Assembly: GCA_040954595.2 (NCBI GenBank)
Contig: CM082591.2
Span: forward strand, 795,882 to 859,881
DNA: 64,000 nt
Source: Balanoglossus misakiensis
Taxonomy: Eukaryota > Animalia > Hemichordata
Reading direction: 5' to 3'
The notes beneath the pieces are model-generated. The model was given only the letters and a program-made list of their open reading frames with translations. It was not told where the DNA came from and did no database searches. The translations under genes were made by a program, and so were the position numbers. Below, piece after piece: positions 1-13,659 of this stretch; positions within the stretch are counted from its first letter, which is position 1, and each line of letters opens with the position of its first letter.

Positions 1-1073
1 AGGATGAAGGCGTTTCATCAATTGATGTGTGCAAAATATTTCTAAAAACTTACCTGTAAATCGCCTGATATATATTGTATTGTAATTTGTACATATTTCC
101 ATTCTGTAGTCCAAAATTGTTGTTATTTCAAAAATATATGAACAAGGGATGAGAACGACAGTCCTTTTGTTTTAACGGCATTTGTTTTTACGGTGTAGAG
201 GGCGCACTTACACCTCGATGTACTGCGATGCAGATTGCAGTGCGGAACGTGATTTTGCAGTTTTAATGAGATATGTAGAAAATGTTGACTATTTTTATTT
301 TGTTTTGTCGATTTCAAGACGTAAAATTTCGCTGTACTGGCTAAAAGTCAACTACTTTACTAAATTGTAAAGTATTCTTGGTTCAAAGGTATACTTAAAT
401 ACTGCCGACAGGGGGCGCTATCAGGCCGACTGGGCCAACTGTTGCCCATAGTTACGGGTTATGGGGAGTATAGAGCTTTATACGTGTTTATTATTACAAC
501 AATCACTCTGGCTTTTTGTGTTTACTTTGAATTTGTTTAAACTTTACATGTACTTGAATGCATTGCTGAAAGTACATTCTGTATGTGACACTGGCTTTAT
601 CAATTGTCATAACTTAACGCCAGAAAATTGGTTACAATTAAATGCAAGAACTTGTTATGGAAATGGCAATTCTAGTATCCCATGATTCACTGCAAATTTG
701 TGACTTTTTCATAATTGACGATAAAAAAAACATATCTAGAATTTACACTATATTAGTGAACATGTTAGGTGATGTGTTTCTGTGTCACAACTATTATGTG
801 AGTCAGTTTCTTAGCAACATATATCTTCATGTAGCGCTGATGTAAATATAATGAAATAAATGAGAATGTGATAAAATCAACACCTGTGTGTTTGATCATG
901 CTTACATTCATGCACAAGGCATGAGCAACTGAGATTCTATGATTTCTTCATTAGTTAAATCAATTTTCCATCCAGTAACATGCACACACATCGAAAATAT
1001 GATTACTATCAGATGTAGGGTTGGCTCGATCTTGACCTTTGCTGATTATTGGCTGTTCTGTTCTCGAATGTGT
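1..1073 (+). repeat. Segmental duplication, copy A: 3' flank of an upstream GT-NHL copy; matches 12241-13315
   Basis: Near-identical sequence from aggatgaaggcg to ...ttctcg(a/t)atgtgt, with a few indels. Confidence 0.95.
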
Positions 1074-1552
1074 ATTCTTTCTACTGGAGTTTTGCATTCT
1101 TTTAACCCTTTCACCCCCATTTCCCTCCTAGTGGTCCCACTTTATCATAGGAAACAATGGATTTGAACCAAACCATGATGGTGAAAGGGGTAAATGAATC
1201 GGACCATGTTTTGAGGCCAAATCACATAAATGTGTTTAAACTTACTGAGTTTCTTCTCAGATTCGGATCCAAACAACAAATTCTCAATCTTCGTGTCTTT
1301 GGGACTTTGCACAGTTGTGTCTGGAATTGTATCCAAGTTTTGTGGATTCTTTCTGTATCGGAGACTCTCCCATTCACCGTTGCGTACCTTCATGAGAAAG
1401 ACAGAAATTAGAATAAAACATGCTGCCAGAATTCAGATGTTGCCATCAATTTATCTCAAACCAGGATAGACTAAAAGCCCAAATAGCTGCCACCTTTAGC
1501 ATTTGACAAAATACTAATCAATCTTCCCCTTTATCCTTAGTCAACAAATGAC
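1073..1552 (+). repeat. ~480-bp copy of nuclear receptor intron segment 19510-19978
   Basis: tattctttctactggagttttgcatt...tagtcaacaaatgac is shared with 19510-19978; the spurious ORFs at both sites are near-identical. Confidence 0.9.
1102..1193. mobile_element. ~90-bp MITE copy
   Basis: TTAACCCTTTCACC...GGTGAAAGGGGTAA. Confidence 0.65.
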
Positions 1553-2479
1553 GTGTACACCATTTGTGGAGAAAAAACTTAGTGGAAAATACTGAATATG
1601 GCGTTACACCAAACTAGCATAGGAGCACAACACAGCACAACACACCATACAACATTCAACACAAAGTATGTCATACACACTTCTTTTTTATAAGAAAGTC
1701 TCTAACTTTCAATTTTCAGTATATCCTCGATCGACCATTCCATCTAAATTCCAAAATCAAAGGACACTGAGACAATTTCAGGCAGTTATATGACACGCCC
1801 AATCAGGTGATTATTATCACAGAACAAATCACAAAATACACAATGTATGATGGGACTGAAGAAAAACACTTCAGGGTATATGCCATTTATGTGGACTTAG
1901 TCCTTCACTGGCAAAGTGCAATTAATCAAAAGCTGTTTGGTATCCTTGAAATAAATCAATAGCCATTCTTTGTTTTCCAGAAGTATATGTTACCATATTT
2001 CATTCTTTGCAGAAGATCTGATAAGCCATAAGTCTGATTAAAGTTTGACATGTTGACTCTAGATTGAGGCACACTTGAAACAGGCCTTATTTCACCCTTA
2101 CTTTATTACATACAGGTAGAGTCATTGTCACCATAACCCACACAGAAAGTTGACAAAAATCTCTCTTTGAGAAATAGAAGTTAGAAGTGAACAATATATG
2201 TTATTGTGCAAAATTTGAATTCAAGTACGGACTAGAATTCATTTGTCAACAATAACAATGACAGTTACACAAATAATACAGGCTAAGTTGGCAAGTAGAG
2301 TAATTATGGTATATGAGCATGCTGTTTGGAGTAGAACAAGAAACTTCATATGGTACACAGTACAAAAACACTGAAAATGAAGTTACAGCCAATGTCCCTT
2401 TAAGTCAAGTGAACTGAATTTGAATAGCTGACATGTCCAGACTGTGATAAGATCTACATCACATGTATGTAGATCACAT

Positions 2480-3510
2480 GACAAGGGTGCTTGGTAGAGG
2501 TAATAAAAACCAAACTCTATGACTATTCGGCCATTTTTTCCTGGTGAGCACATGCATGCAGCGCTCTTGATACTTTGGGATCTAGCTTTAGTTGTTCACC
2601 TGGAGAGTTCTACTTTGTGAGGAAATCAACGATTCTATTACGACATTAAAGAGGTATGTACGTCACATTGAATATTTGGTGATATTTTCCGTCGTTTTCT
2701 TTCAGTCCTCAAACTCGAGCCACACCAGTCTTTCATATTCAACTAACAGAACCAAGCACCACACGAAGAATTTTATTGGAATAACTAAACAATTTAGCCT
2801 CTAAACTTTTGTCAACTTGAAAATTATAAGACCTAAATAGGATTTGTGAAGACCAATGTGACTATATATCACTTATTTCAGATGTTCCTGGATTGAAGCT
2901 CTAACTTGGGAAGGAATCAACCAGTGCTCCAAAACAATCGATTTTAGAGGTGTGTTCTACTGTAGCCGATGATTTATTATCTTGTTTTTTAAATGAATAT
3001 ATTGAATATGATTTATTATCTTGTTTTTAACAGAATACACTGAATACATATACCCCTGGTAGGTGACATATGTACCGGTAAATGGGCGGTGGCAAAGAGA
3101 TTCAAAAGTCTGATATCACATCTACAACACAGGTACCTGGTATGTGACGTGACAAGTACTGAGCAACTCTACGGTACTCCGAACCAAGCTCAGGGATATC
3201 TTCTGCTTATGACACTAGGATCTACTGTAGATTTGACAGTGTACCACAGATTGAAGTTTTACGTTGTGGAGGAATCAACTACTCTGTTTTGACATTAAAA
3301 GGTATGTTGCATCGAAGTTGGTCTTTTTCTTTCAGTCCCCAAACTCGAGCCACACCTCTTTCATTTTCAATTATCAGAACCCGACACCCACAAGAAGAAT
3401 TGTATTAGAAATACTAGGCTTAATATAAAGCACCTCTAGACTAATTTTTTCTCAGCTTGGACAAAGACCCATAAAGTAAAAATTTCTAGGATTGTGAATA
3501 CCAATGTATC
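2480..3510 (+). promoter_or_regulatory. Diverged tandem duplication of a probable promoter or non-coding first exon of the GT-NHL gene
   Basis: ~2480-2870 resembles ~3150-3510. Shared motifs are ggatcta, aatcaac..gacattaaa(g/a)ag|gtatgt (donor-like), ttcagtcc.caaactcgagccacac and accaatgt. Confidence 0.5.
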
Positions 3511-4111
3511 TCCATACAACTCTATTATTAATTGTCAAACTGTCTCCTCTGTCACTCAAACTTGGACATGGTGTATGCAGAGTATGGTTATATTTGTACT
3601 ATACTGGTATGGTACATGTTGTCGGCTTTAACATCATTTGACCCTCCTGAGGGCCTATGCTTTCCAAAGTATCAATCATATTATCAACTGCGTGTTTCTG
3701 TCACCTGCATAAAAGGTGACAGAAATGCCATTTTCACCTTACAGCCTGGCCATTGGTAGATTTCTCAATAACACAGGTACCACGTGTAACAACAACAAAT
3801 ATTGTGTCACAAATTAGCTTATTAAGTAATGATTTTAGTCCGTCCAAACTGTGTATTTGGTCATTCATGTACAATACGGACATCATGATGTCAAATGCAT
3901 TTAGTTAGTAATTTGGTTAAATATTAAACCATGCATGTACTTAAAATGCTATTCTAGCCTGGTTTCAAACAGACTGTGACCTCATTTGACCTTCCAGGGA
4001 CTCATTACTTAGTGTTTCACTGTGACTATGTGCATGGATCAATCTTAGGGGAAACATTTGTTCCATATCTGACATATTTCCTTCCCCATACTTCTTCCTG
4101 ATAGGAATACA

Positions 4112-5792
4112 ATGTCAGAACCATCTGCAGCACTGGTTGTATTGAAATCATGGGACATGGAGGCAAAGACCTCCCAACCAACTCAAGCTATAATCAAACA
4201 TCTCAAAGAAAACACACTTCAGTCTGAGAACATTTCTGAATTCCATTGTACTACCCTTGAAGTTAAAGTGAGTGAAGAACAAAGGAAAGATGCAGAGAGT
4301 ATTAGTGCTACTTTGATCCCAGCTATAAGAGACGAGAGGATGGATCCTCACGAAGACCCCCCTGGAGTAAACTGGCTTGTTAACCATGCTACATACTTCC
4401 CAGATCTGAAGAGGCTGCAAAACATACAGCATGTAATTGGATACTCCCCAAAAACAAAGAATGCAGCTGCTGAAATTCATAAAAGTCTCTTCCCTGAAGC
4501 CAAACTTCATCAACTCCATCTTCCTGATCCTCCTGGAGTATTATTTGTAAATGAAGAATGGAACAAAGAGGACTGTGACTTGAATGGGTTTCACAGAACT
4601 CTCGTACAAGATTTCTGTGCAAGAAAAGTCAAAGAAGGAAAACCTGTTAAAGCCTTCTCCACCTTTGTTGGTGTCAAAGTCAGTGATGACCAGAAGACAG
4701 ATGCCGCCAGTTGTGATGTCACATTGATTCCAGCACAACCAAAAGACATCACTGAGCAGCCAGATGTAAAATGGTTGTTGAATCATGAAAGCTACTTTCC
4801 TGATCTAAGAAAGTTAGAAAACATCCAGTATGTTGTTGGTTACGCTCCAAAGACCGGATTCGCTGCTATAGACATCAGAGCAAAGTTGTTTCCAGCTGCT
4901 AAACTTGTTATGATTAACCATGCCTATGAAGATGATAACTGTCTGTTGGAAATTCCAGACGGGAACCTCAGTGAGATGATGCTGAAGATGGCAAGTGAAG
5001 CTGACGTCATATTGTCAATTGGTCCAAAAATGTATGAGCATTTCACTAATGAATACAGGGCAGAAATTAATGGAAAGAAACTATCCAGTATCCCTCACAT
5101 GGAGATCCTTCCAAGACCAGGGAAAGTCTTCTTTGACAAAGATCCAACATTACCAGATGAAGTGGAAATTCACCGCATACTGACATATGGACAGTTTGAT
5201 ACACCAGAAGCCTTGAACAGATGTGAGATGCTAGCTGCTTCCATTGGAAATGTAGCAAACGCGCGGAAAACAGTTGGCCGCAGACCTCCTGTATGGTCAA
5301 TACTGGGAGCTTCACCAGAAATCCGTCAAACAGAGTTGAAGGGCCTTACAGCCAAAACGAAGAGTGATCATGTGAAGACATATCTCAACTTATATTACAC
5401 AGAAAATAGTCTGCAAACATCACTGCTAAAGTCTCACATTTGTCTTCCTGCATCCTTCTACAAGAAGTTTAGTTTTATTGGGTTAGAATCTGTGGCCATT
5501 GGAATACCAACCTTACCTGATGAAGATTCTGAACTTGGTCAGTTTCTCAGCAAATATTTTCCAGAGTTTGCAGAAACCTTCTTATTGCCTAACACCATTG
5601 ATGGAAAAGTGAAGAGGATAATGAAGATTGTCAGTAACATCAGGCTTGCCTTTATCCAAGCTACAGAACTGAAGAATGCCTTCAAAGTGAGTGAGGATGT
5701 GAATAAGAGTTATGCTAAATTTGCCGGTCTGATGTCACCAGAGAAGAAAGAACACCAGGAACACACAATTGACCAAAGCAGAAAGTCAAAAG
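4112..5792 (+). CDS. First coding exon: tandem glycosyltransferase-like domains
   Basis: Long ORF; acceptor gatag| at 4104 and donor AAG|gtatgt at 5792/5793; internal duplication of the GT N-terminal lobe. Confidence 0.85.
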
Positions 5793-8700
5793 GTATGTTC
5801 AAACAAACAAACTTATGTAGATGTTCTGTTCAACAGTTTCAACATGGGACATTTTATGATGTATTGCCTGCAAATAGGCTAGTCTTGCTTCTACATGAAA
5901 TTGTTCTATGTCATGCAGACTAAGCTTTCAGCTCTATAGCATATGATCAAACTCAGGTTTGACAACACGCTTTTATAGATCAACTGGCTAATTTATGCTG
6001 GAGAATTAAAGCTTTCAGAGACATGGTAGGCTCCTTCTTCAGGTGCAACAATGGAACCTGAGTTTATTTTGTACTGAAGATCAGCCCAGCTATCTGTAGC
6101 CTGGCTAGCATTAAAGGGACAAAGTCTCTCTCCGCTACCCTATTTTCCATTAATTATGTTTGGTACAAAACACCGTTTATGTTACTCTACATGTGGATAT
6201 ATATTCACTATAGTGAATCAACGTTTAACCACACACATCTTCCATCCCATTTGTAGGATATGAGAGTAAAAACCTTGCCAAAATGAATTAACGGTAAACA
6301 ACAATACAACTTAATTTACTCCTGCACTCTGTCATTCTGAAACAGCAATTGCAGTTCCAGTCCAGCCAGATGGAGACGGCCGTCAACAAAATCCAACAAC
6401 AGCAGAGCAGCAGATGCCAAGTCAACCACCGGCAAAGAGAACAGCAGAAGAAGCATTGAATGACACAAACCAACAAACTACGAAAGTCCACATTGAGGAA
6501 TTGGAAGAAACGGATACAAGTATGGCAGCAGAGCCGCTACAAAACACAGAAAACCATGAAGACACAACCATTTCATTTCATCTCAGACTGGATGAAAATG
6601 CCTTTCAGCAGCATCTACAAGATGAAACACTGAACGAGGCAATGCAGCAGGCGGCTTCTGAATCTTGGGACAAATGCAAACAGGGATTAGAGAGAAGAGC
6701 AGCTGAAGTGGTAACCAATAGCGATGACATCAACAAAGTCAAGAAGGCCTGCACTGACACAATGGGTGAAGTGGACGTAACCAAATTGAAGGAGGGATCA
6801 CTGCAAATCACAGTAAACACGCCTGTACTTTTTAATCTCTTTAAATTGCGGGCAACCTGTCAATCAAGAAGTTTACCTGAAGCGTTTGAACCAATCTTGA
6901 TACAAGATGAAATGAGAGAGGAGGCCAACAGAACTGGAATTCCACTACAGTTGACAGCAACATATGACCAAGCCAGGTTTGATGAACTGGAACTATTTTT
7001 TCTGAACAGTAAGTCTGTCATCAGGTTTCTGATATTTGAAAGTGTAACTTATTACAACCCAATGAACAAACTCAGAGAGTATTTTGCATGGCTAATTAAG
7101 TTCCAGTATTAGTAAAGTTAATTGCTCAAAGTTTAGACATACGTTCTTCTAAAAATAAAACTGTATTTCATGATGTTTGCCATTTAATATCTTTCAGGAG
7201 ATGGTGGGGGAATAGGCCCAGTGGAAATACCGGAATATGATGATAGAGTAGAAGAGGAAAGTGTTGATGAAATAATGGATGAGGTACATTAGATTGTGTT
7301 ATTATAAGGAGTAAATGATATAGCATATCAATCTAATGACAAACGCAGTAAAGCGCGCATTATAGTAAATTTATGCATTTAATAATATAATTGAATGAAA
7401 GATTGCAATGTCCTGATATTACATTTCTATTTCCTTCTTCATAAACAATTTCCACATATTTGTTGCTTTTACCACTAAACCATAATTATTACATTTCCAA
7501 TAAAGTTTCACGGAACATGTGTGGCTTTCCAAGATGCAGAGATGGAAATTGGTTCTTATCATTTTCAGACTGACCAGAAACAAGGTGAGTACAAGATTTT
7601 GGGTTTGTCATCATTTGAGATTTCTAAACCTACCTTACTGTCATTTAAATCATGGGCAATGGTGTCGTTTTGGCCGTTTAGATAGAAATCATTTAACACA
7701 GCTAGAGGCATCATTGTTAAGTTTTTTCAGAAAAAAATTGAAGATAACAGGATTTGTATGTTTTGCAGGTGGGACATTATCCAAGTTATTTCTTGAGATT
7801 GATCGGATCCATGAATTCCAGAAGTCAGCAGACAAATATGCACCTCAGATATTTGACAGTGAGCAGTGTAAAAGACACAAAGGAAGAGAGTTTGACATCA
7901 TACAACTATCAGGGAAAATGACCAAGAAAGTTCATCATATTCTATCTCACAGACCTCGAGTCTTAGAGTTACTGGGTGTTAGAAGGTACCTTACGACTGA
8001 CACAGAAAGGACTGATTTCAGTGAATCAGGTAATAAGACGTGACTTTTAAATTGTGTGAATATACCGGTAACTGTTGAATACATTACTAAACAGCAAATC
8101 TAACGAGCAAATCTAACTACACACTCCAAAGGTTTAACAGAACCTCTGAGATAAATTTTCTTTCAGTATCAAGAAATGAGGTTGTAGTTAACTTGTAAGC
8201 TTTCCTGTGGTGATAATACTTTTACAGAGCAGCCAATAGTACAGGAAATATATTATCCTTGTTCTCAAAAATCACTACTTATCGCCATACATCCATCAGT
8301 AAATTTTCTATCAAAATATAAAACTGGCACATTCAAAATTCATGGAATTTGACAGCCAATGTTTCCTGCATATCATACCTAGGTCAATAATTTGGTGAAA
8401 TTTACTTCACAGACTTAAATAATATTGTGAAAGTAAAGTATTTGGCAGAGCATCTACTCAGATCTGCAGATTGTTAAATATACGTCATTGAAATAATTAC
8501 ATTAAATCTACTTCATTTCAGATTTGGAGGGAAAAATCATACAATATGGCACACCAGTTCTTTCAATTACCGATAAATCTATCAGCTCACAAGCACAAAG
8601 CTTACTGCCCTTTGAAGTTAGTTTAAAACAGTTCCAAGAAACGCAGTCCTTGAAATCAGATAAGAAATCTCTAAAACAGCAGTTGGATGAGACCTTGGCA

Positions 8701-11684
8701 GAAAGGTTCAAACTTCGAGCAGAAAAGATGATTCTAGAGAATCAGTTGAAAGAAGCAATTCAGGAAAAGTCCCTCTTAGAAAAGCAGTACAAAGATTGTG
8801 TTCAGAAACTTGAAAAAACTGAAAAAGTAGCTTTCACACAACTTATGGATGTCATTTCCCTCAAGCAAAGATTAGAAGAATCAGACCCTAAACACATCCA
8901 AGAGTTGAAGTCCAAACTTGATCAGAAAGACCAAATAATTGCTGAACTCAAATCAAAATTATCCCAAGCTGAGCTGCAACTGAAAAAGGCTATGGGTCTT
9001 CAACTGGGAGAAGATATAACATTGAAAACTGGGCAAGGTGAGATTGATTGGGATGTGGTCATGACATAAAAAGAGCTGGTTCATATTATTAGTAAGCCTT
9101 GTAAATGAGACATGCTGATGATTACAACAATCCAGCGGATGTACCATATTGGCTTTCATTTTATCTTGTTGCTTCAATTTTCACTATCATAACTGTTTCT
9201 GATGTTTTTCTACTTTAAGTTTAACTGAGGTGACCATATTCTGTTAAATTTTCAACACTGTTTATCAGGCTTCTGAAGATACATTTATTAACAATCTCAG
9301 GGGAATACAATTTTTTGTCTTCTCATTTCAATTTTGAATAAAAGCTGGTGATACTGAAACTACTGAGGAAAAAGAAACTGGGGATGCCAAAACCAAACCA
9401 ACACAACCTGAGATGAGAAGAGAAGAAGAAACTGGATCGGGGGAAACCAAACATCCACAACCTGAGACAACTGAGGAAAAAGAAACTGGGGATGCCAAAA
9501 CCAAACCAACACAACCTGAGATGAGAAGAGAAGAAGAAACTGGATCGGGGGAAACCAAACATCCACAACCTGAGACAACTGCAGAAAAAGAAACTGGGGA
9601 TGCCAAAACCAAACCAACACCACCTGAGACAAGAGAAGAGGCATCTGGGTCTGCAGACCTAACCAAACAAGATGAACCAAAGTCAAAAGAAAGACAGACT
9701 ACCGCTCAGAAAGGTAAGGCAATGAAACCTGACATGCTCTGAAAATGTCGAGGCTATGTACAGTACACATTTCACTGGCATCTGTTCAGACACGGTTATT
9801 TCAGGTGTTTGTTCAACAAAATTACTCACTTGGTCTCAGGAAGTGGCAGCCTTCTCAGGTATTAAACGACAGTAGATTTTTTCTCTGTTCACCAATGTGA
9901 TAATTACTAATTTGACAGCAGACCATCTCTGGGTGGGCTAGAAAAAGAAACAAAGATAATATCATGGTATGCCATATTACAAATATATATTCCTCTCATT
10001 CATAAGGCATTTTTCTTTTCCGACCTATAACACACCAAGAACTGGCTGACCAGTGACCTACTGGTATATGTGGTTCAAAATGATTGTAACCATGTTATCA
10101 AGATATATCAAAATCAATACATTCAATATAACCATCTTTAAAATTAAGACAATGATCATTGTTTTACTGATCTGTTCATGTATGTTGCCATAGTTACTTG
10201 GTATTGAAAAACTTCAAACATATGATATAGAGTACTTTGGCAGAAAATTTATCCAAGCATTAATTCAATTTGTTAAAAGAAGATAAATTTTTTTTTATAA
10301 AAACACTAACTCTTGCATAGTGACATATTTTTCAAAATAAATTCAGTTGTCATGGTTACCAGTTAATAATGTTACCAAAATAAATTTGTTCAAGTAAATA
10401 ATGAACTGTGGAATTATCCCTGAGGTTTAGTTCAAGAATTTTTATGAAAGGTCTATTGAGTCAAAAGTTACGAGAAAAAGAGCATTTTTGACCTGATTTC
10501 TTCAAATGCGTTACCATGGGAACATTAATGTTAATATATCCATTTAATTTTTAAATAAGAATATCTTTCATGCATATTATAATAACCTGTCAATAAAGAG
10601 ACATAGTAAATTTCCTCCTGACCTCGGTATTGCAGAGAATTAGAAATAGTTCCAGAAACTGGGGGTTACTCTGGTTGCCATGGTTACTCATCACTGTAAA
10701 CATTGTGTAGAAAAACTGCCCCTTAGTAGTTCAGTTGTCATAGCAATGATTCGTTTGTTTTGTAATATGTTTTCTCTTGTTAAAATGAACAATAAAACAC
10801 TAACTCTAGCATATTCCTAATGCATTTCAATACAACAAGTTTGACCTTTGTTTCACCTAACAGGTCACTGGTCAATGAGGACACTGGATGGCCAAAGTCC
10901 AAAGCCAGGGCGAAAGTTTAAACACCCAAGAGGTATGGTGTTCCACGGAGACAAACTGGTGGTGTGTGACCAAGGCAACAGGGTTGTACAGATACTGAAT
11001 CAAGATTACACCTTTGACAAAGTCTTGGGAAGTTTTGATGGTCAGTTTGCACAGCCATTCCAGCCACGGGATGTAGCTGTCTCCCATGACAACATCTACT
11101 TCATAAGTGATGGTGGAAATTCTCAAATTGTTGTTTGTGATCAAAACAATAAAATTCTTAGAATAATTACTCTACCTGCAGGCGTCCTTGCTCGGGGCAT
11201 CGCTCTACTGAATGGATTTGTTTTGGTCACTGAGATCAAAGGTCATCGGCTACTCATGTACACCCAAGATGGTCAGTATGTTGCAGAGGTTGGTGGTCGA
11301 GGTGATGGCCAAACACAATTCTGTTCCCCATTCTCTGTGGTGGTCAACAGTAAGAATGTCATCATGGTGTCTGACTGTGGCAATCACTGCATCAAGTGTT
11401 TTGATGCTGAATTGAAATTCTTGTATCAATTTGGTGGTGTGAAAGGTTCAGGTCCTGGTCAGCTGGAGTATCCAGAAAGCATTGACGTCGATGACGACGA
11501 TAATTTGTTTGTGTGTGATGAGTTTAATCATAGGATTGTGAAATGGAGATTTGATGGAGAGTGTATCTGTCACTTATTTGAAGGGAAGGTGAGACGCCCT
11601 GAGTACCTTGCAGTCAGCGGTGACAGAATTGCTGTTGGAGAGGTTGGCAGCTACCAAATCAAAGTATTCTACAAGCACACATAA
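4112..11684 (+). CDS. Multi-exon gene: glycosyltransferase (GT-B/GT4-like, duplicated N-lobe) + coiled coil + repeat linker + NHL-repeat beta-propeller, ~1491 aa
   Basis: Phase-consistent GT/AG exons: 4112-5792, 6346-7008, 7198-7283, 7506-7584, 7769-8029, 8522-9037, 9345-9713, 10864-11684 (4476 nt). Exon 1 has two copies of P..[NK]WL.NH..YFPDL..L.NIQ.V.GY.PKT, then ADVILSIGP and a degenerate GT C-terminal motif (FIGLESVAIGIPTL). Exon 6 is heptad-rich (L/E/K/Q). The last exon has NHL repeats (FKHPRGM, FQPRDVAV, FCSPFSVVV, LEYPESIDV). Confidence 0.85.
9362..9640 (+). repeat. Coding tandem repeat, 108 bp (36 aa), ~2.5 copies, each made of two related 18-aa halves
   Basis: TEEKETGDAKTKPTQPEMRREEETGSGETKHPQPET repeats almost perfectly, starting near 9362, 9470 and 9578. 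Confidence 0.9.
10864..11684 (+). CDS. Terminal exon: NHL repeats (TRIM2/3/71-like beta-propeller)
   Basis: Acceptor cctaacag| at 10863; repeated P.gvav.....i.V.D.gN.ri motifs; stop TAA at 11682-11684. Confidence 0.9.
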
Positions 11685-12240
11685 ACATCACCATGAAATA
11701 CATGTCCACACGACATCAAAAACAGTGAAATTTGGGAGAAAATTTAGAGGCAGCGTCGATGAATTTCCGACTGTTGTTGATTGCATGCCATGGCAACAAA
11801 GTTCAAACTGAACCCATGTCACTTTCACAAATTTTGGAGTTATTTTCCACATTTTGAAGAAAAATTCCGGACAGAAATTAATTGTAGGTGCAGTCGCTAC
11901 ATCTACTGAGTGGAGGCAAAATAAACTGAGGGTGTTTTGAGTAATTTTTGCAGTTTATTTTGAGGGATTTTGAGACAAGACTGTTTGAAACTGAATGCAA
12001 TCCGTCAACTTGGAATGTAAACAATCAAAAATTGGGTTCTTTTTTCCACATTTACAAAGACATTTTTGAGAGAAACTTATTTCAGCCTACAGTCACTTCA
12101 TGTAACGAGTATAAATAATCCAAATCTGAGTCGTTTTGGAATATTTTTACTCGTTTTTTTTGATGAATTTTGACATGGAGGGGTCTGAAAGTTATGATGT
12201 GATGAGGTCCATTTCCCATCAGATCTCCATTGCATCCGAA

Positions 12241-13315
12241 AGGATGAAGGCGATTCATCAATTTATGTGTGCAAAATAATTCTAAAAACTTACCTGTAAA
12301 TCTCCTGATATGTATTCTATAGTAATTTGTACATATTTACTTTCGTTAGTCCATATTTGTTGTTATTTCAAAAATATATGAACAAGGGATATGAACGACA
12401 GTCTTTTAGTTTTAACGCCATTTGTTTTTACGGTGTAGAGGGCGCACTTACACCTCGATGTACTGCGATGTAGATTGCAGTGCGGAAACGTGATTTTGTA
12501 GTTTTAATGAGATATGTAGAAAATGTTGACTATTTTTATTTTGTTTTGTCGATTTCAAGAAGTAAAATTTCGCTGTACTGGCTAAAAGTCAACTACTTTA
12601 CTAAATTGTAAAGTATTCTTGGTTCAAAGGTATACTTAAATACTGCCGGCAGGGGGCGCTATCAAGCCGACTAGCCCAACTGTTGCCCATAGTTACGGGT
12701 TATGGGGAGTAGAGCTTTATACGTGTTTATTTTTACAACAATCACTCTGGCTTTTTGTGTTTACTTTGAATTTGTTTAAACTTTAAATGTGCTTGAATGC
12801 ATTGCTGAAAGTTCATCTTTATGTGACACTGGCTTTATCAATTGTCATAACTTAACGCCAGAAAATTGGTTACAATTGAATGCAAGAACTTGTTATGATT
12901 GACAGCAAAGTTGGGACTTTTTCATAATTGACGATTTTCAACAGTTTTGAAAGTCTGTTACCCTATCAGTAGCAATCTAGAATTTTTACTATATTAGTGA
13001 AAATGTTGGGTGATGTGTTTCTGTGTCACAACTATTATGTGAGTCAGTTTCTTAGCAACATATATCTTCATGTAGTGCTGAAGTAAATATACTGAAATAA
13101 ACGAGAATGTGATAAAATCAATACCTGTGTGTTTGATCATGCTTACATTCATGCACAAGGCATGAGCAACTGAGATTCTAGGATTTCTTCATTAGTTAAA
13201 TCAATTTTCCATCCAGTAACATGCACACACATCGATCAATATGATTACAATCAGATGTACGGTTGGCTCGATCTTGACCTTTGCTGATTCTTGGCTGTTC
13301 TGTTCTCGTATGTGT
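12241..13315 (+). repeat. Segmental duplication, copy B: 3' flank of the GT-NHL gene
   Basis: Matches 1-1073. Confidence 0.95.
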
Positions 13316-13659
13316 GGCATACATCCAGGATCAGAACATTCAAGAATCAGCAATCACTTATTGTAAACACATATACAAACAAATTCACATACAAATGACG
13401 AGGAGATGGAACAATTAACTCTTTGCTAATTTCTATCTCTTTATTGTGAGAATAAAGAAAGCCCCACAGGTATTCATCAATTACCATTCTGCCGACGGAT
13501 AAAATTAAGTTACAAAAATCTGGACTTGAAAAGATTGAACATAAATTAACACAGATTTTCTGTGATGGTCAGATTCGAATACACTTAAGCCAGAAATAAT
13601 TTGAGATGGGAATATACATGTAATAATCACAATTTCTCAAGTGTCCGTGCTTCTTCAAT

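Noticed and set aside
1145-1469. Paired ORFs recurring at 19495-19910
   Set aside because: They arise from a recent non-coding duplication that includes a MITE, and show no protein features.
6257-6293. Candidate extra exon of the GT-NHL gene (ttgtag|...|gtaaac)
   Set aside because: It has an in-frame TAA in the required phase, and the model is continuous without it.
9323-9686. Minus-strand repetitive hydrophobic ORFs
   Set aside because: Antisense shadows of the 108-bp coding repeat.
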